From Polyangiaceae bacterium (lineage in GTDB: Bacteria > Myxococcota_A > Polyangia > Polyangiales > Polyangiaceae): a DNA stretch of 64,000 nt. This document shows, piece after piece, positions 48,581 through 59,171 of this stretch. The stretch spans positions 672,001 to 736,000 of the forward strand of contig CBDCTZ010000012.1 in NCBI GenBank assembly GCA_965222375.1, in the 5' to 3' direction. Within the stretch, counting starts at the first letter, position 1. Each line of letters starts with the position of its first letter. The notes under the pieces are model-generated. The model was not told where the DNA came from and searched no databases. It saw only the letters and a program-made list of their open reading frames with translations. The position numbers were made by a program, and so were the translations under genes.

Positions 48581-49219
48581 GTGAGCGACTCGACGCCGGT
48601 CATTTTCTGGTTGGAATACCGAGGGATGCGCCACCGCATTTTCGACGGCGAAACCTTGGTCGGGCGGGGCAGTCGCGTGGCGTTCTTTCTCGACGAGCCC
48701 AGCGTATCTCGCGAACACGCCGTTTTGCGTCGTACCGGCGATGTAGTCATGCTGACCGACTTGGGCAGCAGCAACGGCACGTTCATCAACGGCGAGCAGA
48801 TCAGTGGGACCCGAAAGCTTTCCGTCGGAGACGGGGTGCGAATGGGAACCGCTGACTTGATGTTCGGCGTCACACGCGGCGTATCGACCTCGAGTATCTC
48901 GCCGGGCATCGAACTCATCGAGTTGCAGTCCGCGGTGCGGCCAGTCATGGACCTGTCCACGGAGCCTGCCTTCGGGAGCATAGAAGTGCTCGAGACCCTC
49001 GTCGCAAACCCGGATGACGCGGAGAACCTCTTCGAGCTTTCCAAGATGGTTCAATCCAGCGTGGACCGCCTGGTGGCAAGCGCGGACCACGGGCGCGTGA
49101 AGTTGGGTCAGGCCGAGCGCGCTCGAGTTGTCGCGATCGCCGAGACGGTGCGCTCTTGGGGTGTGGCGCCTGAAGTGGACAGCTGGGCGGCCGACGTGCA
49201 GGTGCGGCTAAAGGACTAG
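48581..49219 (+). CDS. FHA domain protein
   Basis: VGR...SVSREHA...DLGSSNGTFING. Confidence 0.88.
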   Translation: MSDSTPVIFWLEYRGMRHRIFDGETLVGRGSRVAFFLDEPSVSREHAVLRRTGDVVMLTDLGSSNGTFINGEQISGTRKLSVGDGVRMGTADLMFGVTRGVSTSSISPGIELIELQSAVRPVMDLSTEPAFGSIEVLETLVANPDDAENLFELSKMVQSSVDRLVASADHGRVKLGQAERARVVAIAETVRSWGVAPEVDSWAADVQVRLKD

Positions 49220-50200
49220 CTAGGAAAGCGCGAAGTCCCGGGTTTGCGCCAAGAGTCCCGGTAGGCCGCCCGTGTGCAGGAACAACACTCGTTTGCCTCG
49301 CAGCTGGCTTCGAGTCAGACCGAACAGAGCTTTACCCGTGTAGACGGGATCGAGCACCAGGCCCGTGCGGCGAGCGACCTCTGTGATGAAATCGCGTTGC
49401 TCTGGGCTCGCCACGCCGTAACCAGGGCCCTTGAAGCGATCTTCAATCCGCAGAGCGACGGGTGCCCTCAAGCACGGATCCAGGGCGTTCATTTCTAGGA
49501 TGATCCGCCCGATCACTCGCTCGAAGTAGGCCTGATTGTCGCAGACCGCGATGGCCAATGCTTCGTTGGCGACGCCGTATTGCCTTGCCCCCACGGCGAC
49601 CCCGGCGGCCGTGCCACCCGAGCCGCAGGCGTGGACGACGAGATCGAAGGGCTCTCGAGCGCCGGCCAGCCCCAACTCGAGCTGTTCACGCACTTCTCGC
49701 ATGGCTTCGACGTAGCCCAGGGAACCTAGGCCGTTCGAGCCGCCCTCGGGAATGATGAAGGCGCGCTGACCTCGGCTTTCGAAGCCTTCCGCCACCGCGT
49801 GCATGAGCTCTCCCCGACGGGAGTACTGTTCCGGTGAGATGAAACGCACTCTAGCTCCCGCCAGGCGGTCGATGAACAGATTGCCAACGTTTGCTTCAGG
49901 AGTGGTTCCGCCGGCAGTGCGCAGCAGAAGTTGCACGTCCAATCCGAGGCCCCGACTGAGCAGGGTCGTGGCGCGCGCATGATTCGACTGCTGCCCGCCA
50001 CAGGTGATGACGGTGCTAGCACCGTCCGCGAGGGCCTGCCCGAGCAGAAACTCCAGTTTGCGGATCTTGTTGCCGGCCTCCGCTCCGGCCGTCATGTCAT
50101 CTCGCTTGACCCAGAGCTGGCACCCAACCAGGGCATCCAGGGCGTCGCAGCGCCAGAGCGGTGTGGGCAGATGAGCGAGGCGCAGTCGCGGCGGGCTCAT
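49220..50200 (-). CDS. D-cysteine desulfhydrase / ACC deaminase family PLP enzyme
   Basis: LPTPL, KRDD, GNKIRKLE, GGQQSNH, GSGGT, LDPVYTGK, FLHTGG. Confidence 0.88.
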   Translation of the reverse strand: MSPPRLRLAHLPTPLWRCDALDALVGCQLWVKRDDMTAGAEAGNKIRKLEFLLGQALADGASTVITCGGQQSNHARATTLLSRGLGLDVQLLLRTAGGTTPEANVGNLFIDRLAGARVRFISPEQYSRRGELMHAVAEGFESRGQRAFIIPEGGSNGLGSLGYVEAMREVREQLELGLAGAREPFDLVVHACGSGGTAAGVAVGARQYGVANEALAIAVCDNQAYFERVIGRIILEMNALDPCLRAPVALRIEDRFKGPGYGVASPEQRDFITEVARRTGLVLDPVYTGKALFGLTRSQLRGKRVLFLHTGGLPGLLAQTRDFALS

Positions 50201-50700
50201 GCGATGGTCAGCAAGGGTGCGGCACCTTCGACGGCGTCACCCTCGACGACATGAACCTTGGAAACGGTGCCTGCTTTCGGAGACGTGAGCTCGTTTTCCA
50301 TCTTCATGGCTTCCACCACCACCACTGGAGCGCCCTCAGCCACTTCGTCGCCTTCCGCAACCAATAGCTTGACGACTTTGCCGGGCATGGGGCTCTTCAC
50401 GTGCCCGTCATCGCTGCTCGCCCCGCCGTGGCGCATGCCTTCCAGCGCGCGGGCGCGGGCGCTTTCCACCCGCGCCTCCATGCGCTGGCCACCACCGGCG
50501 ACGGATAGCTCCGGAGCCGGCGTGCTGACCACCCAATCCATGACCTGCCCGTCTATCAGGAGCGTGACATCCGACTGGCGGTGTTCGAAGAGCTCTACTT
50601 GTTTTTCAATGCCGTCGACGCTGGCAAGGTAGCCGCCGCCGGGGCGTGGCCGCACGTCGACGTCGACGTCACGGCCGTCAATGTTGACGAAGTATTTCAT
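50197..50700 (-). CDS. Biotin carboxyl carrier (biotin/lipoyl attachment) protein
   Basis: SPMPGKVV...VEAMKMENE; start re-assigned to ATG 50700. Confidence 0.88.
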   Translation of the reverse strand: MKYFVNIDGRDVDVDVRPRPGGGYLASVDGIEKQVELFEHRQSDVTLLIDGQVMDWVVSTPAPELSVAGGGQRMEARVESARARALEGMRHGGASSDDGHVKSPMPGKVVKLLVAEGDEVAEGAPVVVVEAMKMENELTSPKAGTVSKVHVVEGDAVEGAAPLLTIA

Positions 50701-53700
50701 GGCTTGGGAGGGGGAACGTCGATGAAGGAGCAGGCGCCCTGTCCGAACTGCTTGCCGAGGCATTGGTGACTCGACGGATGGGATAGATAGTAGAGATCGG
50801 CCCCTCCCGTCGAAAAGAATCGCCCGATCACATGGGTTGTGTACTGCCCAGAGTCCCAGTTGTCACAAGGGGTTGGCGGGTTGAAGCCATGCACTCCCTT
50901 CGGCTCGATGTAGGCCATCATTTGGGCCAAGACCCGTTGATCCGCCTGCCAGGCAGTGGCGTCGGGGCTGAAGGGTTTGCCTTTCAGGCGTGGCGCCCAG
51001 ACCGCGTCGATGCTGTTCGGTGTAGCCGGCATTGCGATTCGGCCCGTGCGCAGCGGAGTGCTTGACTGGGCTTCGCCGTAGAGGTCGAGACCCTCGTCCA
51101 GGGCGTCCGCGTCGAAGAGGAACTGCGCGCAATCCTTTTCGCTGATCGGCTTCTTCACGCAACGGTCGTTGACGCAAATCTGACCGCTGTAGCAACTGCT
51201 GGTGTCGTCCTTAGTGCAGTTCGGGTGGCACACGACGTCGGTTGGCGTGACCGGAAGCTCGTTGGGCCGGCAGGAGGTCAGGTCACTGGGTGCCTGGCGT
51301 TCGAGACGGTTGATGCCTTCCATGACATGGTTTTCCACGAGCAAGCGATTCGGTGTCTTGCCTCCGAGGTCCGCGTACAGTGCCGCGGGTGTGACGTAGT
51401 CCGCATAGGCCGGATATCGGTCCGCGGCGTCCGGGGTCAAGAAGGGCAGAGCGCCGGCAACCCGGCCCAGAGCGATTCCGCTGTTGATCGGCACGTTCAT
51501 GTCTCCCACCGTGACGATGTTCAACATTCCGGTTGGCGGATGCAGATTCCCGTCGGGGTCGGTGATGGGTTTGAGCCCGAAGTACGGCGCGTAGTTTACG
51601 GGATCCCCGGGGTCGACAATGTTGGACGCCAGGCTCATGAAGCGCCGCAGCGGCGGGGTTTGTCGGATGTGTCCGAAACCCTCCGCAATGGCCACCAAGG
51701 GGGAGCCTGCGCCGTAGTACTTGTTCTGGAACTTGGAGCAGCCGCCCTCTGCCGTGCACACCGGGCCTTCCTTTACGCCAGTGGGGTCCGGCGCACCCTC
51801 GGCGATCACGCCCTCGCCCCAGGTGTTGATGACGGCGACGCGGCGATCTTTGCCCACCGTTGGATGACAGCCTTCGTCTCCATCGTAGCTGTCGACAGCG
51901 TCCACCTCGTCGTAGAGCTGAAGCTCGAGGCGATCACCCAGGCTAGAGGGCATTCCGATTCGAAAGCGCCCCTCATTGTCGACGCGCGCGCAGCGAACCT
52001 TACCGTTTCGGCCGTTGTAGACGAAGGCAGTGCCGCCGCTGGTGAAGTCTTGACGGTCCACACAATTGAACTCGACTTCACGGTCGTCATTCACGTCGAC
52101 TACGACGAAGCGCAGACTGATCTGGTCCGCATTACACCTGGTCTCTTTCTCCTTGTTCTGGTCGTAGAACTCTTGAGCAGGCACGCCAGCCAAGATGGGA
52201 CCGAAGTTCCGCAGGTAGATCCCCTCGAAGGCGCCGCCTTGAAACGTGCGGGAACCCACGTCCAACAGGCCTCCTGCGCCAGCGGTCGGGGCAGCTGCCA
52301 CTACGTCAGGGTCGAGGGCGGCCACGAAAGGTGCGAGGATCCCGCCTAAGGATTGGCCCCAAGCGAAGAAATTGGGACCCGGGCCGCCGACGTCGGGCAC
52401 GCCGTCACCATCGAAGTCTCCGGCGAGGTCGTCGCTACCGTCGGAATCGTAGTCCTGGCTGCTCATACGCTCTCCGTCGAAGTTCTTGAACACTCGGAAC
52501 ATCTGCATCAGGTCCACCGCGCTTTGGCGGACGACGTCCCGCGTGTGAAACAGATAGCTCGTCCAGTAGTCGCCACCGGAGTCCGGAGTGAGATCTCCAT
52601 CGAGATCTCGACCTCGGCCGGTGAGCATGTTGCTCGCGAAGGGCGCCTGGCAGGCGCCGCCAAAGAGATTGCGCGCAAGCTGCAATTCCGTCTCACCCAG
52701 CTCCAGGCCGTGGAAGACGGCGTTCATCCCGACCGAGGCGATACCCTGGGATGCCAAGGGGCCCGCGAAGCCCAGCTGCTCGAGATTGGAGCTAGTATAG
52801 CCGTGACCGTAGTAGGCGACCGGGAAGGGTTGCTTTCGCGTAGTGGACTCCTTCGGCACCGTGATCATGAACTGAACGGTATCCTCGTAGACCTTTCCTT
52901 CTCCGGTCTTGAAGTCCATCGCGAAGGATGCGTTCGGGTCTTTGCCCTTGGGGCCACCCTCGATGAAGAAAGGGACCTTGAAGGTGCCGACGGCTATGTG
53001 ACTGATGGCGTCGAAGGAGTTGATCAACGCATTGAGTTGCGGGCCATCGAAGTCGAAGGCCTGGTTGGCCAGCTCTCGAATGGTCTGCTTCACGGTCTCG
53101 AACTTCACGATGTAGAAGTTCTCGATCTTGTCTACGCAGCGTGGGTCCTTCTCCCAATCCGCAGGCTCTTCCGCGCCGTCTGCTATGGCTTCGAGATCAA
53201 CCAGCCCGGCTGCTCGCGTGAGCTCGGTGTCCGGCGGGAATTGCTTGGCCAGGCGCGAGAGCGGCCCTTTGCCGTAGAGCCCATCGCGGATGACGCGCAA
53301 GTCTTCGACCACCGGTTGTGTGGTGAAGGTCCAAGTGAAGGCGACGTGTTTCAGGCCCGTACCACCGATGTCTCCGTAGTAGGAAGCCAGATCGGAATTG
53401 GATAGGTGTGCCTGAAGCTTCTTGACCCCCTCTTCCTGGGCTGGGTGGTAGACGAAGTCGAAGGGCGAGCGCACCGGGTTGCCATCGGGATCTGTCATCC
53501 GGTCCGTCACGACCACGGCATATTGAGTCTTTTCTTCTAGGGGAATTAGCGGGCGCGCGATCAACGTGTCGGTCTCTCGCTCGTAGTGCGTCAGCAGGTT
53601 GTCGGCGATGCACTGGTCGCGAGCGACCTCGGTGACGTTGCCCAACTGAACATCGACCTGGCTGGGGCAAGCGTCGGGGTTGGCCAGATTTGGGCGGTCG

Positions 53701-54365
53701 AGAACACCGTCGAAGTCCGTGTCCCATGCCGGCTTGTAGATCGGCATGCCGCTGGCGGTGACTCGGTTCGGGTCCTGCTGCCCCGTGGTGGGGTCGATGG
53801 TTTCATCCGCCGTGTCCCACATCAGGTTCTGTTCCAGCCGCCGGGAGTCGTTGCGCCAGTACTTGTGTTTCTCACGAATCACGTACTGGAAGGAGCCCTC
53901 ACCGATGTCGAGAAAGACGGGCACGCCGGTTTCGAGGTTGACTACGTAGATGGTGTCATCGGCCAATTCGTAGTCGTCGCCGGCATGACGCTTTGCTAGG
54001 TTCGCCAAGTCGACGGCGGGTCGGGAATCGTCCTTGGATATCTTGTTGAAGCCGACGGTAATCGGCGCGTAGGTGCCCCAACCCTCCAGAGTATCGAACT
54101 TCTTTCGAGCCACCTCCTCGATACTGGTTGGCGCGACGACACTGGCGTTGACTCGGAGTCCGGTTCGGCTCGTCGGATCCGGCCACATGGCGCTGTCGTT
54201 GGGGAGAGGGATTTCGGGCAGGGGTCGATGGTAGAGATCGAACCGAATCATCGGACCGTCGCCGTCCGGCGTCTTCTTCAGTCCCGACGGCGTCTCGTCG
54301 ACGCTGCATCCGAGACTCGTCAACACGAAGGTCAGCGGTAGCCCGCTCTTCAGAAAATTGCGCAT
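50697..54365 (-). CDS. Large lipoprotein alpha/beta hydrolase (lipase-like)
   Basis: SLGC lipobox, PLPND, YGHGY, DxDGD loops, WGQSLGG nucleophile elbow, GDMNVP, C-terminal GVHGF. Confidence 0.72.
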   Translation of the reverse strand: MRNFLKSGLPLTFVLTSLGCSVDETPSGLKKTPDGDGPMIRFDLYHRPLPEIPLPNDSAMWPDPTSRTGLRVNASVVAPTSIEEVARKKFDTLEGWGTYAPITVGFNKISKDDSRPAVDLANLAKRHAGDDYELADDTIYVVNLETGVPVFLDIGEGSFQYVIREKHKYWRNDSRRLEQNLMWDTADETIDPTTGQQDPNRVTASGMPIYKPAWDTDFDGVLDRPNLANPDACPSQVDVQLGNVTEVARDQCIADNLLTHYERETDTLIARPLIPLEEKTQYAVVVTDRMTDPDGNPVRSPFDFVYHPAQEEGVKKLQAHLSNSDLASYYGDIGGTGLKHVAFTWTFTTQPVVEDLRVIRDGLYGKGPLSRLAKQFPPDTELTRAAGLVDLEAIADGAEEPADWEKDPRCVDKIENFYIVKFETVKQTIRELANQAFDFDGPQLNALINSFDAISHIAVGTFKVPFFIEGGPKGKDPNASFAMDFKTGEGKVYEDTVQFMITVPKESTTRKQPFPVAYYGHGYTSSNLEQLGFAGPLASQGIASVGMNAVFHGLELGETELQLARNLFGGACQAPFASNMLTGRGRDLDGDLTPDSGGDYWTSYLFHTRDVVRQSAVDLMQMFRVFKNFDGERMSSQDYDSDGSDDLAGDFDGDGVPDVGGPGPNFFAWGQSLGGILAPFVAALDPDVVAAAPTAGAGGLLDVGSRTFQGGAFEGIYLRNFGPILAGVPAQEFYDQNKEKETRCNADQISLRFVVVDVNDDREVEFNCVDRQDFTSGGTAFVYNGRNGKVRCARVDNEGRFRIGMPSSLGDRLELQLYDEVDAVDSYDGDEGCHPTVGKDRRVAVINTWGEGVIAEGAPDPTGVKEGPVCTAEGGCSKFQNKYYGAGSPLVAIAEGFGHIRQTPPLRRFMSLASNIVDPGDPVNYAPYFGLKPITDPDGNLHPPTGMLNIVTVGDMNVPINSGIALGRVAGALPFLTPDAADRYPAYADYVTPAALYADLGGKTPNRLLVENHVMEGINRLERQAPSDLTSCRPNELPVTPTDVVCHPNCTKDDTSSCYSGQICVNDRCVKKPISEKDCAQFLFDADALDEGLDLYGEAQSSTPLRTGRIAMPATPNSIDAVWAPRLKGKPFSPDATAWQADQRVLAQMMAYIEPKGVHGFNPPTPCDNWDSGQYTTHVIGRFFSTGGADLYYLSHPSSHQCLGKQFGQGACSFIDVPPPKP

Positions 54366-54453
54366 GCTCGTCCCAATCCTTGCTCCGGCCGCGTGGCCGG
54401 CAAAGCTTCCCACCGCGCTGGTGCTTGGTCAACGAAGCCCGCGCGAAAAAACG

Positions 54454-56151
54454 TCAGTACTGGAGCCCTAGGCGGCCGACGCCCAAGTACTGCGTCGACA
54501 TCTTGCCACCAGACCCATCCGAGAAGGCATTGCCGGGGAACAGCACCCCGCCTTGGGCGCCGAGCTGCAGGGTCATGCCGTAGTCGAGGGAGAGGCGATA
54601 TTCGAAGCCGCCGTCGAGTTCGATCCCGAGGTCATGACTGCGTGAGTCGCCTCCGTCATAGTTGACGAAAACGCCGTTGGTTCCTACCTGAACGGGATCG
54701 ACGAAGTCCGCGGTAGTCTGGGCGATGACCACCGCGGCCTTCAGATCCAACTGCCGCACCGGTCGCATCACGATGTTGGGATACAGGTAGGTGGCGCCGA
54801 AAACCGAGCCGTCGCTCGGCAGTAGATCCGTGCCCGGGTTTGGGCGGTTCGTGAGCTGTGGGTCCCGCGCCGCAGCACTGGCTCTCGCGGTTTTCCAGTG
54901 CAGCACTTCGTCGAATAGGATTAGGCCAACGTTGTGGTTCGGATCAAAGCGGAAGCGTCGCGTCACACCGTCGTTCGGGTTAGCGTCGCCGCTGGTCCAG
55001 CCCCACTCCAAACTCGCGACGAAATCACCCCAGCGCTGGTCGCCATCGCCGTGGGTCGTTACAGCGCCAAGGCGCATGGCCGTTCCGAAACTGCGCACAT
55101 CCTCCCGAGTATTGTTGCGTGTCTGCTGCGTGGTCCGTACGAAGCTCGTATCTCCGAAGATGTAGGCGGCTTCGTACTCGCCGAAAACGTGTCCCCGCGT
55201 ACCTGGGATCTTGGCGTTGAACTTCCCCGCGGAATCGAGCGCCCAGATCTTCAGGGTCTCATCGAAGTCTCGCTCAGGGAGTGCCCGGGATTGGCGCTTC
55301 TGGCTGCGATAGACGCCGTAGAAGCCGAGCATGTTGTCGCGCTTGTCCTGGTAAAAGGCGGCTAAAACCCCCTGCAAGGCAGTTTCATCGTCGCTCAGAT
55401 CGGCGTTGGAGTCCCGAAACACCAGGTCACCGGCGATCGCCAAAGTCAGTGGGGATTCCCTACCCAGGGGCTTGGTCGCAAACAGGATTCGCTCCGTGAT
55501 CGACCCTCGGTAGTAGTCGCCGAAAAGTGATGGGTGGTCGCCGTCGTTGGCGATGATTCCCATTCCCCAGTGGGATGGCTGCTGTCCGACGCGGAAGAGG
55601 CCAATGGGTGACAGGTACTCCAGATACAGCCAGCGCGGGTGCACCTCGAGGGGCTGCCGTTCGTCCATGGCGAAGTCCGCCTCGACATGTTGGGTTTCCT
55701 GGCCAGCGATGAAGCCGCGAGGCACGTCAATCTGACCGACGACCTTCAACGTGTCCGTGAAGGTCAGCTGTGGCGTGATCCGGAGCCAATGCACCAGCCG
55801 GGTCGTTTGGCCCAGGCCCGCTGAGGCCGGATCTCCGCGGAATGCACGCAGCGGTACGTCGGAGTGTTGAGACAGCCGAACCTGATACTCCCCGTGAACC
55901 TGGACCTTGAGGCTCTCCGGATCCGGTGGCTCGGGTTTCGTGCGCCCTGTTTCTAGAACGAAGCGCGGCTTGAACTCCGTGCCTGCGGTTTCGTCCGATG
56001 GCGGCGGTGGCGGTGGTACGGGGCGTGTGGCTGGTGCAGTGCCCGGCACTTCGCTCGCGACATCGTCCTGCGCGCTTGCAGGGCGCGCGACGAAGCACAG
56101 CGCGACGACGCAGGTGGAAAAGCGGAAAGCAGAGAGGAAATCGCGGCCCAC
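54454..56151 (-). CDS. Outer-membrane beta-barrel protein
   Basis: Signal ending ASA, GQQPSHWGMGIIANDG, amphipathic strands, C-terminal GRLGLQY; GTG start estimated. Confidence 0.72.
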   Translation of the reverse strand: MGRDFLSAFRFSTCVVALCFVARPASAQDDVASEVPGTAPATRPVPPPPPPSDETAGTEFKPRFVLETGRTKPEPPDPESLKVQVHGEYQVRLSQHSDVPLRAFRGDPASAGLGQTTRLVHWLRITPQLTFTDTLKVVGQIDVPRGFIAGQETQHVEADFAMDERQPLEVHPRWLYLEYLSPIGLFRVGQQPSHWGMGIIANDGDHPSLFGDYYRGSITERILFATKPLGRESPLTLAIAGDLVFRDSNADLSDDETALQGVLAAFYQDKRDNMLGFYGVYRSQKRQSRALPERDFDETLKIWALDSAGKFNAKIPGTRGHVFGEYEAAYIFGDTSFVRTTQQTRNNTREDVRSFGTAMRLGAVTTHGDGDQRWGDFVASLEWGWTSGDANPNDGVTRRFRFDPNHNVGLILFDEVLHWKTARASAAARDPQLTNRPNPGTDLLPSDGSVFGATYLYPNIVMRPVRQLDLKAAVVIAQTTADFVDPVQVGTNGVFVNYDGGDSRSHDLGIELDGGFEYRLSLDYGMTLQLGAQGGVLFPGNAFSDGSGGKMSTQYLGVGRLGLQY

Positions 56152-56326
56152 GGGCCGGCGAGGATAGTGATGCTCAGTGCCTAGGAGCAAGCCGATAGTG
56201 GTTCTTTCCAATCCGACGCCTGCTGGCGGCATTTCCCGTCCGAACACGCTGCCAGAAAGCGGGTGCGTTTCGGAGCAGACAGGCTTTGGCGCAGCAGAGA
56301 CGTTTCATCTAGCCTTGGCGCGGCAG

Positions 56327-57871
56327 ATGACTCAGGTGATTCCCGTGGCCCTTGGTCAGGCCATCAGCGTGACGGATCTCGTGCAAGTGGCCCGGCAGGG
56401 GCGTCGCGTGCGGTTGGCGGATGTGACGCGTGCCAAGGTCGAGCGATCCCGCGCTGCCGTTGAGCGCATCCTGCTCGATGAGGATCAAGCGCCTCACGTC
56501 TACGGAGTCAATACCGGATTTGGCGCACTTTCGGAGACGCGTATCAGTGCTGGTGACATTCTGACCTTGCAGCTCAATCTGGTGCGTAGTCACGCCACCG
56601 GCGTCGGCGCCCACCTGCCTGCAGACGCGACGCGAGCGATGCTGTTGCTGCGGGCGCAAACCCTTGCCTTGGGTCACTCGGGAGTGCGCCCCGCCGTGAT
56701 CGATACCTTGCTCGCGATGCTTCAGGCGGACCTGCTGCCGTGCATCCCGGCTCAGGGCTCCGTCGGCGCTTCCGGAGACTTGGCGCCCCTTGCGCACTTG
56801 GCCCTGGGCGCGATCGGGGAGGGGGACGTGGTTCTGGCCGGTCAGCTCATGCCGGCGACGGACGCGTTTCGAAGCGCTGGGCTGTCGCCCCTGACTTTGC
56901 AGACCAAAGAAGGCCTCGCGCTGATCAACGGGACTCAGTTCATGACCGCGCTGGGGGCCTTGAGCCTAGCTGACGCAGAGCGCATCGCCACTGCAGCAGA
57001 TATTGCAGCCGCGTTGAGTGTCGACGCGCTGAAAGGCTCTTCCCGACCTTTCGATGAACGGCTCATGACCTTGCGCCCGCACCCCGGTCAAGCTCGAGTC
57101 GCAGAAAACCTGCGAAAATACCTGCGGGGCAGCGCGATCATGGAGAGCCATCGTGACTGCGGAAAGGTGCAGGACCCGTACTCCCTGCGCTGCGTGCCGC
57201 AGGTCCACGGGGCTTCCCGGGACGCTTTGGCTTTCGCGGACGAGACCATCGAGCGTGAGATCAACTCGGTAACCGACAACCCAAGCGTGTTCTTGGACGG
57301 GCTCGACGCAGCGGAGATCATCAGCGGTGGAAACTTCCACGGACAACCCGTGGCGATCGCACTCGACCTTGCGGCTATTGCCCTGGCAGAAATCGGCAAT
57401 ATCAGCGAGCGACGGGTCGAACAGCTCGTCAATCCGGCCCTCTCCAGCGGGCTCACCCCGTTCTTGGCTCGGGAGAGCGGTCTCGAAAGCGGCCTGATGA
57501 TCGCCCAGGTCGCCAGTGCGTCCCTGGTTAGCGAAAACAAAGTCCTTTGCCACCCTGCCAGTGTGGACTCGATTCCTTCGAGTGCCGGCAAAGAGGATCA
57601 CGTGTCCATGGGCAGCATCTCGGCGCGCAAGCTCGGTCAGGTGATCGATAACGTGCGCCGCAGCATCGCGATCGAATTGCTCACGGCAACAGAAGGCATT
57701 GAACAGCGTCGGCCCCTCACGGGTGGTCGAGGTGTGGAGGCAGCCCACGCAGTCATTCGTAGCGTCGTACCCGCGCTCAGCGGGGATCGCCCTCTCTACG
57801 CGGATATCGAGCGTCTAGGGGCGCTGATCGCGGATGGGCGACTGGAGTCCGCAGTCACCGCGGCCCTCTGA
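56327..57871 (+). CDS. hutH: Histidine ammonia-lyase
   Basis: YGVNTGFG, NLVRSH, GSVGASGDLAPL (MIO), KEGLALING, QDPYSLRCVPQVHGA, GGNFHG, EDHVSMG. Confidence 0.94.
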   Translation: MTQVIPVALGQAISVTDLVQVARQGRRVRLADVTRAKVERSRAAVERILLDEDQAPHVYGVNTGFGALSETRISAGDILTLQLNLVRSHATGVGAHLPADATRAMLLLRAQTLALGHSGVRPAVIDTLLAMLQADLLPCIPAQGSVGASGDLAPLAHLALGAIGEGDVVLAGQLMPATDAFRSAGLSPLTLQTKEGLALINGTQFMTALGALSLADAERIATAADIAAALSVDALKGSSRPFDERLMTLRPHPGQARVAENLRKYLRGSAIMESHRDCGKVQDPYSLRCVPQVHGASRDALAFADETIEREINSVTDNPSVFLDGLDAAEIISGGNFHGQPVAIALDLAAIALAEIGNISERRVEQLVNPALSSGLTPFLARESGLESGLMIAQVASASLVSENKVLCHPASVDSIPSSAGKEDHVSMGSISARKLGQVIDNVRRSIAIELLTATEGIEQRRPLTGGRGVEAAHAVIRSVVPALSGDRPLYADIERLGALIADGRLESAVTAAL

Positions 57872-57911
57872 CGCCCTTGGCGAGGCCAGGTGCGTCGCCT
57901 AGGCTGGGGCC

Positions 57912-58385
57912 ATGTTCTGGCACAAGCTGCTGCCCATCCTCGTCGCGCTCGCTGTGGCTGCCTGCGTGACGACGCGGCTGTCGCCCTATGCTCCCGTGGA
58001 GAAAAAGACCGACGCATCGCCGGAACGCCTGTACGAAGCTGCGGAGGGCACCTTGCTCGACCGGGGGTTTCTGATTGCCGAGCGCAAGCCCGAGGTTGGC
58101 ACCCTGAAGACGGAGCAGCGTACGATGCTGGGCGAGGAAGTGTTTCGTAGCGAGTACCGTTACGCCTTCTCCATCGACACTCGTGGCGGGAAACTTCTCG
58201 TCGAAATGAGCTGCTCCCGCGGCGACAAGTCATCCCCAGAGCCCTGCGGCGCGGAGCGCCCCGAGAAGCTCGTGCTCGAGCAGGCGCGACTGGTTGAGGC
58301 GATCTTGGCTGAGGCGACTGGCGAGCGACCCCCACCGCAGCAAGACGCTGGCGCCGACGCGCCGAGCGCCGAGGATGGCGGCTAG
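57912..58385 (+). CDS. Small lipoprotein
   Basis: LAVAAC lipobox. Confidence 0.6.
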   Translation: MFWHKLLPILVALAVAACVTTRLSPYAPVEKKTDASPERLYEAAEGTLLDRGFLIAERKPEVGTLKTEQRTMLGEEVFRSEYRYAFSIDTRGGKLLVEMSCSRGDKSSPEPCGAERPEKLVLEQARLVEAILAEATGERPPPQQDAGADAPSAEDGG

Positions 58386-59171
58386 CTACTTGCCGTGGAA
58401 CTCGGGGCTGCGCCCACCGCGAAATGCGTCGATGGCTTCTCGCAAGTCTTGCGTCCCGAAGTCGATGGCCTGGTTGAGCGCTTCTGTGCCCAGGGCGCCG
58501 GGCAGTTGCTCCAGCAGCGCTTGACGCATGGTTGCCTTGGTTTGGCGCACGGCAATGGGGGCAGCGGTACAGATGGCGTTCAGGGTTTCCGTGGCAGCCG
58601 CCTCTAGTTGGTCTCGCGCAACGGCCCGGCTCACCAGTCCGATCCGCTCGGCCTCGGAGCCGGACACCAGCGAGCCGGTGAGCAGCAACTCTGCGGCGCG
58701 TGCTGGACCGACGACATGGGGCAGCAGCGCCGTGCAGCCCATCCCGGGGTGGAGCCCGACCCGTACGAAGTTGGCGCCGAGCTTGGCTTCCTCGGCACAC
58801 AGCCGGACGTCCGCAGCCAGTGCCACGCACAGCCCCGCGCCGACCGCCGCGCCGTGAATGACGGCCACGACAGGTACCGGGAGGTGTATCAGCGAGAGGA
58901 ACACAGAATAGAACTCGACCATCTTGCGTCGGTTCTCTTCCGGATCCCGCTTGGCATTCTGTTCGATCAACGAAAAATCCCCGCCGGCCGAAAACGCCTT
59001 GCCCGCGCCTCGTAGGGCGACGACGCGCACGTTTGGGTCTTCTCTGACGTGTTCGACGGCGTCCTGCAGCGCCAGACCCATCTCGGCGGTCATGGCGTTG
59101 AACTTGTCGGGGCGGTTGAGCACCAGTTCGGCGATGCGCCCGGAACGATAGAGCACGGGGGGCTCGGTCAT
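58386..59171 (-). CDS. Enoyl-CoA hydratase/isomerase family protein
   Basis: LNRPDKFNA, AFSAGGD, IHGAAVGAG, FVRVGLHPGMG, AERIGLV. Confidence 0.9.
   Translation of the reverse strand: MTEPPVLYRSGRIAELVLNRPDKFNAMTAEMGLALQDAVEHVREDPNVRVVALRGAGKAFSAGGDFSLIEQNAKRDPEENRRKMVEFYSVFLSLIHLPVPVVAVIHGAAVGAGLCVALAADVRLCAEEAKLGANFVRVGLHPGMGCTALLPHVVGPARAAELLLTGSLVSGSEAERIGLVSRAVARDQLEAAATETLNAICTAAPIAVRQTKATMRQALLEQLPGALGTEALNQAIDFGTQDLREAIDAFRGGRSPEFHGK

Noticed and set aside
56327..57871. Phe/Tyr ammonia-lyase or aminomutase of a secondary-metabolite cluster
   Set aside because: The NLVRSH specificity segment fits histidine ammonia-lyase, and no NRPS/PKS genes are nearby.
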